A DNA stretch of 64,000 bases from an uncultured Acidobacteriota bacterium (GCA_963827655.1 CAWHCF010000049.1:384001-448000), one strand, 5' to 3'. Positions 1 to 9,947 are shown, counted from the first letter of the stretch. Notes: generated from the sequence alone by a model not told the origin. A program made the numbers and translations.

Positions 1-1853
1 GCAAGGCAGGCCTGGCCCTCTCAGGCGGCGGTTTTCGCGCTTCTCTCTTTCACATCGGCGTCCTCGCTCGACTCGCCGAGCTGGACGTGCTCCGCCGCGT
101 CGAGGTCCTGTCGTGCGTCTCAGGAGGTTCCATCGTCGGCGCCCACTACTACCTGGAGGTCAGAAAGCTCCTCAGTGAGAAGCCCGACCATCAGATTGAA
201 AAGAAGGACTACATCGAGATTGTCCAGCGTCTCGAGAAGGAGTTCCTCACCGGTGTGCAGACCAACATCCGCATGAGCGTGGTCACCGAGGCTAAGGCAG
301 TCCGGCGGATGCTCCACCGGAGCTATTCGCGGACGGTGCGCCTGGGAGAGCTCTACGAGGAGCAGCTCTACTCGCGCGTCGCCCCCATCGAGGGCGAGAA
401 GGTGGATGCGGACAACGGGGTGCGCGAGCGTTACATGCATGAGCTGGCGATCCACCCCAAGCTCGCGAAGGGTGGTCAATGGACCGACTTTGCGCCAAGG
501 AATCACAACTGGCGGCGCGAGGCCAAAGCCCCGATCCTTATTCTAAACGCCGCCGCCCTGAATACCGGTCACAACTGGCAGTTCACGGCCAGCTACATGG
601 GCGAGGCGCCCGCCACCATTCACCGTGAGATCGACAGCGTCTCGCGGCTGCGTCGCAAGTACTACACAGATGCCCCTCACAGCGCGGCCGCTCCACAGAA
701 GGTGCGGCTCGGCGCCGCGGTGGCCGCGTCATCCTGTGTGCCCGGTTTGTTCGAGCCCTTGGTGTTCGCGGACATGTACGAGACGCGAGGCAGCGGGCAG
801 CCCATCGACGTCACGCTCGTCGACGGCGGCGTCTGCGACAATCAGGGCGTGGCCGGTCTCATCGAACAGGATTGCACCGTCCTGCTCGTCAGTGACGGGA
901 GCGGCCAGATAGACGCGCTGGACGCGCCAAGCGCCAGGGCGCTGATGGTGGCCTTGCGCACGAACGGGATCTTGCAGTCGCGTGTCCGCGGCACCCAGTA
1001 CCGCGAGCTGGATGCGCGGCGCGGCGCCCTGATGCTGAACGGGTTGATGTTCGTCCATCTTAAGAAGGACCTCGACAACCAACCGGTAGACTGGAAGGAC
1101 TGCCCTCCGGAGTTGAGGCTCCGCGCTCCCGATGATCGTGAGGTGCTGACCAAGTACCGAATCTCGAAGGACGTACAGCGGCGGCTGGCCGCCATCCGCA
1201 CCGATCTCGATTCGTTTTCCGATCAGGAGGCCTACGCCCTGATGCTGAGCGGCTATCGGATGACCGAGTATGAGTACGCGAACAGATTCGCTCCCGTGGC
1301 CGCGGCCCCCGAGCCGCAGGCCTGGCGCTTTCGTGCGATCGAGCATGCGATGACGCGGCCGGGTGAAGCTCAGGACTACCTCAACACGATCCTCGACGCC
1401 GGGAGCAGCCTCGCCTTCAAGGTCTGGAAGCTCGATGCGCGGCTCCGGAGCCGCGCGCAGCGCCTGAAGCAGCTGGTAGTCGCGGCTGGCGCGGTCGCCG
1501 GGCTCGTCACCTTGCTCGTGCTGGCCGCTCTGCTGCAGGCCGTGTGGTCACTGTTGGGGGGTGGCGCCTCGGTGTTGCCGGCCGCCGCGCTGACGGGGCT
1601 CGGTGCGATCGTCACCGTGGTGGCGGTGGTGGTCGTCCTCGGGTCGCTGTTCGCCCTGCTGTTCTATGCGGTGAGGCTGCGAGGGAAGGGCGACGCCGTG
1701 GCTCATTTCGCAGTCGGCGCGTTGCTGCTGTTCGTCGGCGGTCCGGTGGCGCGACACCACATGAGGAAGTACGAGCCAGCGTACCTGGAGCGGGGAAGCA
1801 TCCGGAAGCTGCCCGGTCCGTCCAGGGCCGCGTTTAGAACTGCCGCGCGCTGA
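1..1853 (+). CDS. Patatin-like phospholipase with C-terminal transmembrane helices (5'-partial)
   Basis: Frame is open from base 3: KAGLALSGGGFRASLFHIG (oxyanion motif), CVSGGS (nucleophile Ser), LVDGGVCDN (catalytic Asp); long hydrophobic segments near the C-terminus. Start lies upstream of the window. Confidence 0.9.
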   Translation, partial: KAGLALSGGGFRASLFHIGVLARLAELDVLRRVEVLSCVSGGSIVGAHYYLEVRKLLSEKPDHQIEKKDYIEIVQRLEKEFLTGVQTNIRMSVVTEAKAVRRMLHRSYSRTVRLGELYEEQLYSRVAPIEGEKVDADNGVRERYMHELAIHPKLAKGGQWTDFAPRNHNWRREAKAPILILNAAALNTGHNWQFTASYMGEAPATIHREIDSVSRLRRKYYTDAPHSAAAPQKVRLGAAVAASSCVPGLFEPLVFADMYETRGSGQPIDVTLVDGGVCDNQGVAGLIEQDCTVLLVSDGSGQIDALDAPSARALMVALRTNGILQSRVRGTQYRELDARRGALMLNGLMFVHLKKDLDNQPVDWKDCPPELRLRAPDDREVLTKYRISKDVQRRLAAIRTDLDSFSDQEAYALMLSGYRMTEYEYANRFAPVAAAPEPQAWRFRAIEHAMTRPGEAQDYLNTILDAGSSLAFKVWKLDARLRSRAQRLKQLVVAAGAVAGLVTLLVLAALLQAVWSLLGGGASVLPAAALTGLGAIVTVVAVVVVLGSLFALLFYAVRLRGKGDAVAHFAVGALLLFVGGPVARHHMRKYEPAYLERGSIRKLPGPSRAAFRTAAR

Positions 1854-1927
1854 TCTCGATTCCCCGGCGCGGATGCCGTCCGGTCGCGGGTCCCTTCGAG
1901 CGTCTTCGGGTATAGCAGGAGTCAACA

Positions 1928-2020
1928 ATGAGTCACCCGGTCAAGCACAACATCCCGTACGCGGAGAGCGACAAGGGAGCGCTACGCCCGATTGAGTTAG
2001 CGTCTCGAAGCGCACCTTGA
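1928..2020 (+). other. 30-aa small ORF or truncated gene start (MSHPVKHNIPYAESDKGALRPIELASRSAP)
   Basis: AGGAG 7 nt upstream of ATG, downstream of patatin and close to the apparent GC shift. No family recognised. Confidence 0.25.
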
Positions 2021-2100
2021 ATTGCTTGGCTGCTCTTAGAACTTCGTGAGGCCTCACGGGGCGCTTAAATTCGGAGTCGAGTTCAGAAACATATAAAGAA

Positions 2101-3426
2101 TTATTTCGAGTGCTCTAGTAGCTTCCTCTCAATTTCATCCGCCCAACGAACCTCGTCGTTTCGCTGTTTGCGCGCTTCTCGGATAAGACCCAAGTTTCTC
2201 GCCGTGGTTGCTGGTTCCCAGGATTCCCGTATTAAGGTCAGCGCAACAGTTAATGAGCTAGTCGCTTGTTGTTGATCTTTGGCTAAGACCGCCAACTCAA
2301 CCAGAGTGGCATAATCCCAGTAATCAGGCTTACCCGTCGCGATACGACGCTCAACCGCGTACGCAACAACCGGGACCAGCCTTTGCTGGCGCGTATCCGG
2401 CGGTTCCCTCAGCTCCATCAATGTAACGGCATTGATTCCAGGGTAAGCGTCTCGCCAGTCAGCCTCGAATCCTTGGAGATAGGTTTCTATGGCCTTTTCC
2501 AGCAGGCTCTTTGCGACTGATATGTCCTTTCTTTTTGATGCTTCCTCCCATTGATCTTTGTAGATACGCCCAAGAATGCTGCAACTTTCGCTGCTGGGCC
2601 CTCGCTTTTCAATCAACTCCTTTAAAGTCTCTTCGGCTTGGCGTCTCTCGCCGAGGCGATTGAGCGCGAGGGCGAGCTGTTCTTGCACCATGACGGTTGA
2701 CGCCAAGGGTCGTGACATTTTGTTTACTAGATCGGTCATTTCCTTCCAGGCCTGAACAGCGCGATAGGAAAGAAGGAGATCAATAACCACTCCAGTGTCA
2801 CAATGTTCAATGTTGCCAAGCTCGGCTTCTATTGCGCGCAGCGCTTCAATGTTTTTACCTTTCCGCGCCGCCGCAAGTTGAGCTTTCCTCTCTGGCGAGT
2901 ATGCTACTACTTCTCGGAAGACGTCAGTTTTCGTGTGGGCAATACCAGGGTAATTTTCCACCAGCTCATAGATCGAACTGCCAGGAGCCGACTCTCGAAC
3001 TTCTTTCAATTGAAAAGCCAGCGCAGCCTTAGCACCCTGAACGTCTTTCAGAGATCCGTTGGAAGTTAGCGCGTAGGTTAAGGTCCGGAGCGTACCGTGG
3101 TCAAGGGTCACGCCGCTCGCCTCGGAAAGGATGACCACCGTAGAGTTCGGACGCACTGCATCCCGCGCACCCAGCTCATAGATCGCGTTGGCATTGGCTG
3201 TCGTCAGGTCCACGACCGCGTACTCGCAAAGAATAGCTTGCTCAACCATAGGCTTGTGAATCATTCCCCCGATCACCGGCTCATCGGGCCGAATCGCCTC
3301 GAGCCCCGCTTCTTTTATTGCAGGCGCCACCAGGTCTCGATAAATCCCTTCAAAATCGATCGTGAACCCCTTTCCGTCGGCTTTCTGGCCATAGGGCATA
3401 AAAACAAAGCAAAGTGGTCGACTCAT
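2101..3426 (-). CDS. N-terminal NDT/deoxyribohydrolase-like domain + DUF4071 (MAP3K TRAF-binding / TPR-S-like) helical repeat protein
   Basis: CFVFMPYG...VVDLTTANANAIYELGARDA (NDT-like D..N.N..YE.G motif), then LLLSYRAVQAW, LGRIYKDQW, AIETYLQGFE, YPGINAVTL, DYWDYAT, WEPATTARNL as seen in DUF4071 proteins. Confidence 0.8.
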   Translation of the reverse strand: MSRPLCFVFMPYGQKADGKGFTIDFEGIYRDLVAPAIKEAGLEAIRPDEPVIGGMIHKPMVEQAILCEYAVVDLTTANANAIYELGARDAVRPNSTVVILSEASGVTLDHGTLRTLTYALTSNGSLKDVQGAKAALAFQLKEVRESAPGSSIYELVENYPGIAHTKTDVFREVVAYSPERKAQLAAARKGKNIEALRAIEAELGNIEHCDTGVVIDLLLSYRAVQAWKEMTDLVNKMSRPLASTVMVQEQLALALNRLGERRQAEETLKELIEKRGPSSESCSILGRIYKDQWEEASKRKDISVAKSLLEKAIETYLQGFEADWRDAYPGINAVTLMELREPPDTRQQRLVPVVAYAVERRIATGKPDYWDYATLVELAVLAKDQQQATSSLTVALTLIRESWEPATTARNLGLIREARKQRNDEVRWADEIERKLLEHSK

Positions 3427-3516
3427 AAAATCAGGACCCGTCTCCCTGCACCTCGGCTGAAAAACACCGACGGCTATGAAAACCCGTGCTCTCTCGAGCC
3501 ACCTGACAATTCGTCT

Positions 3517-4786
3517 TTAAAGCTCCCAATTCAACACGCGCCGACGGTAAGGATAAGCGATGCGATGCAGAATACCTAACAACTCAACGTCATCGGAGTA
3601 AAAGAAGACCTGCTGATCGCGGAACATGAACGGAGGGCGACGGCGTGGCGATCGTGCAACCAAATAGAGTTTTGCATCAGCTCCCCGAGCGATACCAGCT
3701 TCTATGCAAGTGTTCAAGTTGTCTTCCGAGATGTCTGAGGCCACCATCGATGCCTTCGCGATTCGCTCAATAATGGTCTGCTGGATCTGGCCCTCGCGAA
3801 TATCATCGCCCACAACACACGGAGTTCCCGTGACGCGCTGAAGAATCTGTTTGATGACCTGATTCCGCACTCGGTTTTGATCGTCGAAATTGGTGGAGAG
3901 AAAAGTATAGTGGGGCCGTGGAGGTCGTTTCCATTCATCAGAGATCCACTCAATGCCTTTGCGCAAGCTATTCGCAACTGTGCTGTTGAAACCTCCGTCT
4001 GAAGGCGCGACCCGTATTAGACGTTGCATCGAGCCCTCGGTTACCTGAACACTCGGTTCCGCGATAACAAGGCAAGGCAGGCCGAGCGCTCCAGCAATCT
4101 CAATTTCCTGTAGCATGTACTTTGAAGTCTCACCGTTACCACGATCTGGAAGGATGGCGACCAGTCCCCCACAGCTCGAAATGATGCTCTGAATCCGAGT
4201 TGCCTCGACTCCTGGCCAATCCTTCGAGTCACCAACAAGCCTGAAATCAGCCTGGGCGAGAACTTCTTTGCATATACCGTCGGCCAGGGACGACTCACTT
4301 TCTCTCCACGTTCGACTGACGTAGACGTCACGGGTTTTTTCGAAATCCAGATCCACTTCGTCGTAATACAGATCCGCGAGAAACTGACCATAGGTGACCA
4401 CTTCTCTCTTATCTTGGACAAGGTCAACCCACTTGGTCGTTTGCAGGAACCCGGGCACTTGGCATTCGTCAATGCGCACTGGAATAACGCGAAAATCTTT
4501 GAGTTGCGTCCGCTGGCCAATCGCCGCTTCATACTCCTCTCTGACCCAACCCGAATTGATAGAAGCGCTCGATAATACGATGATCATGGAACGGCATTGA
4601 GTGACGGATTCCGCGAGTCGTGTCGCGATGGTAGCGCCGGCGGGTAGATGGCGGGCGTCGTACCAGATCGGAATTCCTGATACCTCACTCAGCCACTTAT
4701 GCAGACCGTCAACAAATGACTTGTCGGCATGCGCGTGGCTAAGAAAGGCACAGAACTTGCGCTTGTTTAATGGCAGTTCCCGCCAA
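3517..4786 (-). CDS. Multi-domain TIR protein (TIR + TIR/NDT-like + NDT-like); probable 1-nt frameshift near the start
   Basis: Frame of ORF 3517..4587 stays open upstream: KRKFCAFLSHAHADKSFVDGLHKWL...IWYDARHLPAG...MIIVLSSASINSGWVREEY (TIR with putative catalytic Glu). SD AAGGAGG plus TTG at 4786 is 1 nt out of frame. Two further flavodoxin-like domains follow (DVYVS...YMLQEIEIA; TFLS...SDISEDNLNTCIEAGIA). Confidence 0.8.
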
Positions 4787-4914
4787 AATGTCCCTCCTTG
4801 AACTCAAGTATGTCCAGAAAGTCTACTGTCGATGCCGCAAATTCGAGCTCGAAGATGCCGAATATAGCAGTACTGTTCTTGATGTGCGATCAGTATTTCC
4901 GTGGGCTAATTTCC

Positions 4915-4972
4915 TTGGAGTGCGGTAGCAAGCTTGCTACTGCCTTAGGTCGGCGAAGCTTGCTTCGCCGAC
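4915..4972. repeat. REP-like palindrome family B (TTGGAGTGCG...AGCTTGCT), copy 1
   Basis: Tandem hairpins GTAGCAAGCTTGCTAC and GTCGGCGAAGCTTGCTTCGCCGAC; related sequences near 6665 and 40241. Confidence 0.6.
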
Positions 4973-5067
4973 GCCAAACCTTACAGGCGGTGCGAGCGCA
5001 TGAACCGGGAGCTTTTTCAACGCGCTCTGATGACCCGTTCCACAGACCCAATCTTTCACAGCTTCTC

Positions 5068-5145
5068 AGGGCGGGGATCTTGAAGACTCCCCTGACACGA
5101 GGTCCGAAGGACCGGCGCGCCGGCTGTGTCGCAGCTTTGGCGCTC
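5068..5145. repeat. REP/REPIN-like family A, partial copy
   Basis: CCCTGACACGAGGTCCGAAGGACCGGC..CCGGCTGTGTCGCA..TT.GGCGCTC is nearly identical to 30046-30122. Confidence 0.75.
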
Positions 5146-5305
5146 TTCTTGACCAGCGCGGACGGCCGGCGAACTTGATTCGGCATCCACCTCTTTTGAC
5201 CAACCCGAGAGTGTTTGACATCGACCGGCGAAATAGCTAACCTCAATACGCTTTCACAGGCCGAATTCCAATTGACGACTCATTGGCACTTGCCGCGGAG
5301 GTCTT

Positions 5306-6655
5306 ATGAACCGTCGCCAGTTTCTCGAAGGAACCGCTGCCGCGAGCGTGGCAGCGACTCTATCAAGGCCGGGTGCCTCAGTCGCGAGCCCGAACGATAT
5401 GGTAAACGTGGCTATCGTCGGAATTCGAGGCGAAAGCCAGGGGCAGCCGACGTGGACCCGGCTCGGCCGAGGGCAGGATCACTACGCCGGCCTATCGCAT
5501 GTGAAGAACGCCCGGATTACGCACGTGGTCGACATCGACGAGCGCCACTTTGCGACGGTGCTTCCCAAGCTCCGGTCACGGTGGGGCGGGGATCCGAAGA
5601 CCGAGACCGACATTCGGCGCATCCTGGATAATCGCGATGTCGACGCCATCACGATCGCGGTTCCCGATCACTGGCACGCGTTGATGACGGTCTGGGCCTG
5701 CCAGGCGGGCAAGGACGTTTATGTCGAGAAGCCGGTGTGCCACAACCTCTTCGAAGGCCGCAAGATGGTCGAAGCGGCGCGAAAGTACAAGCGCGTTGTG
5801 CAGGCGGGCACGCAGCGCCGCAGCAACCAGCTTACGAAAGAAGCGGTAAAGTTCCTCCAGTCCGGAGGGCTGGGGAAGCTGTACGCCGCACGCTGCTCCG
5901 TGCTGCGGCCGCGCGACCCGATAGGACACAAGGTCGACGGTCCCGTTCCAGAGGGAGTCCACTACGACCTTTGGCTGGGGCCCGCGCCCCTACGCCCCTT
6001 CAACGAGTTGCGCTTCCACTACACCTGGCACTGGTTTTGGGACTACGGTGACGCGGACCTGGGGAACAACGGTGTGCACGTGCTCGACATCCTGCGCTGG
6101 GCGATCGGCAAGCGGGAGCATCCGCGCCGTATCCACTGCACGGGCGGGCTGTTCGACAAGGGCGCACCCACCGACCAGGAGACCCCGAACACCCAGTACG
6201 TCACGTTCGAGTATGCCGACGGCACGAACCTGCGCTGCGACGTGCAGGGCTGGTACGGCGGGAGCGACGGAGGCGGGAGTTTCATCTATGGCACCGAGGG
6301 TTGGATGGATCTCGGCGGCAGGGAAGGCCCCCGGATCTTCTTGGGACGCAAGAATGAGCCCGGGCCCGACCTGCGCAAGCTGGCCGGGGGCGGTCAGGGC
6401 GATGACGAGGGTCCCGACCCGCACTTCCAGAACTTCATCGAATGCGTCCGGTCGCGCAAGTGGCAGGAACTGGCCGCCGACATCGAAGAGGGGTACATGT
6501 CAACCGCGCTGTGTCACCTGGGAAACATCTCCTACCGGCTCAAACGCCCGCTGGTCTTCGACGGGCGCAGCGAGCGCTTCCCGGACGACGCGGAGGCCAA
6601 CCGGTTCCTCACTCGCGAATATCGCCGGCCGTTCGTCGTCCCCGAGAAGGTGTGA
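5306..6655 (+). CDS. Gfo/Idh/MocA family oxidoreductase, Tat-exported
   Basis: MNRRQFL Tat signal; PDHWHA, DVYVEKP, QAGTQRRS, YDLWLGPAP, GNNGVHVLD motifs. Confidence 0.92.
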   Translation: MNRRQFLEGTAAASVAATLSRPGASVASPNDMVNVAIVGIRGESQGQPTWTRLGRGQDHYAGLSHVKNARITHVVDIDERHFATVLPKLRSRWGGDPKTETDIRRILDNRDVDAITIAVPDHWHALMTVWACQAGKDVYVEKPVCHNLFEGRKMVEAARKYKRVVQAGTQRRSNQLTKEAVKFLQSGGLGKLYAARCSVLRPRDPIGHKVDGPVPEGVHYDLWLGPAPLRPFNELRFHYTWHWFWDYGDADLGNNGVHVLDILRWAIGKREHPRRIHCTGGLFDKGAPTDQETPNTQYVTFEYADGTNLRCDVQGWYGGSDGGGSFIYGTEGWMDLGGREGPRIFLGRKNEPGPDLRKLAGGGQGDDEGPDPHFQNFIECVRSRKWQELAADIEEGYMSTALCHLGNISYRLKRPLVFDGRSERFPDDAEANRFLTREYRRPFVVPEKV

Positions 6656-6664
6656 CGGCTCGCT

Positions 6665-6752
6665 TTTGGAGTGCGCAAGCTTGCTAAGCTTGCTTGCGCC
6701 TTGTGTTGCGGCAGCTTGCTGCTGCAGCACGGAATCGCTAGACTCCAGGCGC
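6665..6752. repeat. REP-like palindrome family B, copy 2
   Basis: TTGGAGTGCGCAAGCTTGCT...GCGCCTTGTG..GCGGCAGCTTGCTGCTGC...CTCCAGGCGC; matches 40241-40312. Confidence 0.6.
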
Positions 6753-6814
6753 TTTCGCCATTCCAGATACGTTATCGTAATTGCGAAAGCATCCCTGCGC
6801 CGAAGAAAAAAGCC

Positions 6815-7570
6815 TTGAGCCGTCAGCCGTCCGAGCCCGATGTCCTCCGCTGCGATTTCTGTGGTAAATCGCAGTCTGACGTGAGGAAATTGATTGCCGG
6901 GCCGCACGTCTACATCTGCGACGAGTGCGTGGAGATATGCGTTGAAATCCTGGGCGACGAAGGCGTGAACGTCACGATCGTCCCAGAACCAACAGTCAAG
7001 AATGAGAGGATCCCGGACCATACCATACTCTGGCGCAGATTGGACCAGGCGGGCCATGAGTCAGCGCGGCTGTCCTATCGAGATTTCTCCTGGCATCTGA
7101 ACGGAACGTCGGTGTTTGCGCATCAACAGCAGCCGTGCCGGCTCGACTACCTGGTGATCTGCAACCGGAAATGGCAGACCGTGTTCGGGCGGGTTAACGG
7201 CTGGGTCGGGGACCGGCCCATCAATATCGAAATCTCGGCGGACACTTCACGACGCTGGCAGCTCAACGGGAAAGAGAATCCCGAAGTTGAGGGGTGCATC
7301 GACCTGGACCTTAACTTCAGCCCGTCGACCAACCTGCTTCCGATTCGACGGCTGGACCTGGCGGTCGGAAACGAAGCCAACGTACGGGCAGCCTGGCTTC
7401 GCTTTCCCGCTTTCACGTTTGAACCACTCGACCAGCTCTACCGCCGTACGGATCGCGCGACCTACCATTACGAAAGTGGGGGTGGCGCCTTCGTCGCTGA
7501 ACTCAGGGTGAGTGAGGCAGGGTTCGTCACGCATTACTCAGACTTTTTTGAGATCGTCGCGCCGTCATAG
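6815..7570 (+). CDS. ClpX-type C4 zinc finger fused to putative glycolipid-binding domain
   Basis: [30 protein letters not shown], then [10 protein letters not shown]...[20 protein letters not shown]...QLYRR. Start placed at in-frame TTG because the longer ORF runs through a repeat. Confidence 0.8.
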   Translation: MSRQPSEPDVLRCDFCGKSQSDVRKLIAGPHVYICDECVEICVEILGDEGVNVTIVPEPTVKNERIPDHTILWRRLDQAGHESARLSYRDFSWHLNGTSVFAHQQQPCRLDYLVICNRKWQTVFGRVNGWVGDRPINIEISADTSRRWQLNGKENPEVEGCIDLDLNFSPSTNLLPIRRLDLAVGNEANVRAAWLRFPAFTFEPLDQLYRRTDRATYHYESGGGAFVAELRVSEAGFVTHYSDFFEIVAPS

Positions 7571-7633
7571 CCAGTCCACCGGCTCTCGGACGCGGCACGA
7601 GATCGTCCTGTTCGTGCCTCAACGCCACACAAA

Positions 7634-7915
7634 ATGCCCGTACGAGCAAAACAGATCAGAGTTCACGGCAGAGTCCAGGGCGTGGGGTTTCGTTATTTTG
7701 TGCAACGGGCCGGCAACCGCCTCGGTCTCACAGGGAATGTGCGCAATTGCCCGGACGACACCGTGGAGATCGTGGTGGCAGGTGACCCAGAATTGATAGA
7801 AGAATTCTTGAAGGAGGTCACCAAGGGGCCGCCACTCTCCAGGGTCGAGCGTCTTGAGATCAACGACGTAGCTCCGGTCGAGAAGTTCCGAAGTTTTCAA
7901 ATTGAGGGATGGTGA
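7634..7915 (+). CDS. acyP: Acylphosphatase
   Basis: GRVQGVGFRYF and GNVRNCPDDTVE signatures; 93 aa. Confidence 0.93.
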   Translation: MPVRAKQIRVHGRVQGVGFRYFVQRAGNRLGLTGNVRNCPDDTVEIVVAGDPELIEEFLKEVTKGPPLSRVERLEINDVAPVEKFRSFQIEGW

Positions 7916-7917
7916 TC

Positions 7918-8433
7918 ATGCGAGATCTGAAAGCGGCGATCCGCCAGATTCCTGATTGGCCCCGCAAGGGAATTCTCTTTTACGACGTGACTACTCTCCT
8001 CAAGGACGGGCAATGCTTTCGGCAGGTCGTTGATGCTCTGGTAGCCCCATTTCAGGATAAACCGGTGGAGGTGGTCGTCGGAATTGAGGCCCGCGGATTC
8101 ATCTTCGCGCCGACCGTGGCCTACGGCCTCAATGCGGGTTTTGTTCCTGTGCGGAAGCCGGGGAAACTGCCGGCGCCGACTCACCGAGCCGTGTACCAGC
8201 TCGAATATGGGACCGATAGCCTGGAGATCCATCAGGATGCGATTCAGCCGGGACAAAGAGTCTTGATTGTGGATGACCTCATCGCCACCGGAGGTACGGC
8301 GAAGGCGGTCGCCGACCTGGTTCAGGTGATGGGAGGAATTGTCTTGGGATTCGCTTTCCTGGTCGAGCTTGAATTTCTGAATGGGCGCGACAGGCTGGCG
8401 GATTACCAGATCACGAGCGTTCTGAAATACTGA
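7918..8433 (+). CDS. apt: Adenine phosphoribosyltransferase
   Basis: IPDWPRKGILFYDVT, GIEARGF, VRKPGKLP, YQLEYG, VLIVDDLIATGGT. Confidence 0.96.
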   Translation: MRDLKAAIRQIPDWPRKGILFYDVTTLLKDGQCFRQVVDALVAPFQDKPVEVVVGIEARGFIFAPTVAYGLNAGFVPVRKPGKLPAPTHRAVYQLEYGTDSLEIHQDAIQPGQRVLIVDDLIATGGTAKAVADLVQVMGGIVLGFAFLVELEFLNGRDRLADYQITSVLKY

Positions 8434-8461
8434 AGGTTGAAGACCCGAAGCGGGAGCCTCC

Positions 8462-9886
8462 ATGCCGGAGTTTCATGCCGAACCTTATGTCTACCTGGCT
8501 GGACTGACTCACAAAGCGGCGCTCATTGCGTGGGGAGGTTTCTACTTCCGAGTCCGAGATCAAAAATCGGATGGAAGTTGGAAACTCGTAGACGACCGTG
8601 ACCTGGAACATGTTCACCCGCCCCGGCGCGAAAGCATCGGGGCGAGGTCGGAGCCGTATGGGCCGGCTAAGGTCGAAGTTTTTGATGCCTCCGGAACGCT
8701 GGTTTCATCGGCTGAAACCGCCACGACCAACCACGTCTGGGTTCCAGGACTCGCACCCGACACGGAATACACCTATCGCGTCATTGTGAATGGCGAAGTT
8801 TGGGGAGACGGCGAGCGCCGCGACTGGGTCACTGGTTCGGACGGTCAAGGTCTGGTCCGCACCGGCCGGAGGTACGAGAATCGTTTCCGAACTCATCCCC
8901 ATCCGGAGGAATCCGCCTCGCTGACGTTCGCAGTGCTGGGCGACTTCGGAACCGGCGTTCGCAAATCGTCCAAGCCGGAGAAGAGACAACGCGAGGTGGC
9001 ACGGGCGCTCGACCGGGCCATCGATGAAAGAGGAGTGCGCCTGATCATCACAACCGGTGACAACATCTATGCCGGCAAAACCTTTCTCGGGTTGCCCGTG
9101 GGGGCCACGGGCGACGAAGACGATGACTGGTTTTTCACTTTCTATCAGCCCTACCGATACATCATCAATCGCATTCCGGTTTACCCTTCCGTGGGCAACC
9201 ACGACAGCAACGAATCGGAAGCGAGCGACGACCGCCAGCAACTGATCGACAATTTCTATCTTGCGGAGCGTTTTTCGGGCGAAGAAGCAGCCGGTCGAGC
9301 GTCCATAAACCCCGGCCTCTTTTACCGCTTCCACTATGGCGCCGAAATCGAGTTCATCTGCATAGACACGTCGCGGCAGTCGAGCCTGTTCTCAAAACGG
9401 TTTTTCGAGCATCCGAATCACATCGCGTTCGTGGAAGCATCATTTCCCGCATCGGGCGCCGCGGCCAGCGACTCGCCGGCCTGGCGCATCCCTTTTTCAC
9501 ACCACCCTCCATATTGTGCGGGCCCTCGACATTTCAATTCGCGCTCGATGATCGAGAAGCTCGTGCCGTTGTTTGAACGCGCGGGAGTCCGGGCTGCCTT
9601 CAGCGGACACGAGCACAATTTTCAGTATTCGCGCGCGGGCAAGATTCACTACTTCGTCACGGGCGCCGGGGGCAAGGTCCGGCTCGAGACGCCTTCAGAG
9701 TTCAGCAAGGCGCAAACGTCCGCATGGGCGAGCGCCGGCCATTTCTTACTCGTGGAGGTGGACCGACGGCAAATGATCGTGAGTCCGATCGGAGAAATTG
9801 GTTCAGACGACACTCTGTCAAACCTGCGCATCGTGAGCCCGGACAATCAGGCCATAACGACGCCAATCATCATTCCCCGGGCATGA
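8462..9886 (+). CDS. Calcineurin-like metallophosphoesterase with FN3-like N-terminus (purple acid phosphatase-like)
   Basis: GDFG, GDNIY, GNHD, HHPPY, GHEH metal motifs; GLAPDTEYTYRV. Confidence 0.88.
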   Translation: MPEFHAEPYVYLAGLTHKAALIAWGGFYFRVRDQKSDGSWKLVDDRDLEHVHPPRRESIGARSEPYGPAKVEVFDASGTLVSSAETATTNHVWVPGLAPDTEYTYRVIVNGEVWGDGERRDWVTGSDGQGLVRTGRRYENRFRTHPHPEESASLTFAVLGDFGTGVRKSSKPEKRQREVARALDRAIDERGVRLIITTGDNIYAGKTFLGLPVGATGDEDDDWFFTFYQPYRYIINRIPVYPSVGNHDSNESEASDDRQQLIDNFYLAERFSGEEAAGRASINPGLFYRFHYGAEIEFICIDTSRQSSLFSKRFFEHPNHIAFVEASFPASGAAASDSPAWRIPFSHHPPYCAGPRHFNSRSMIEKLVPLFERAGVRAAFSGHEHNFQYSRAGKIHYFVTGAGGKVRLETPSEFSKAQTSAWASAGHFLLVEVDRRQMIVSPIGEIGSDDTLSNLRIVSPDNQAITTPIIIPRA

Positions 9887-9947
9887 CGCCGAGCGCACGG
9901 GCTCGAGCGTTTTCGAGGGCAGGGGGGATGATTTCGAGACAGCTCAT

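Noticed and set aside
6671-6814. N-terminal extension of the zinc-finger fusion ORF
   Set aside because: Translates a family B palindrome; unlikely to be coding.
6815-6950. clpX gene
   Set aside because: Only the zinc finger is present; no Walker motifs or adjacent clpP.
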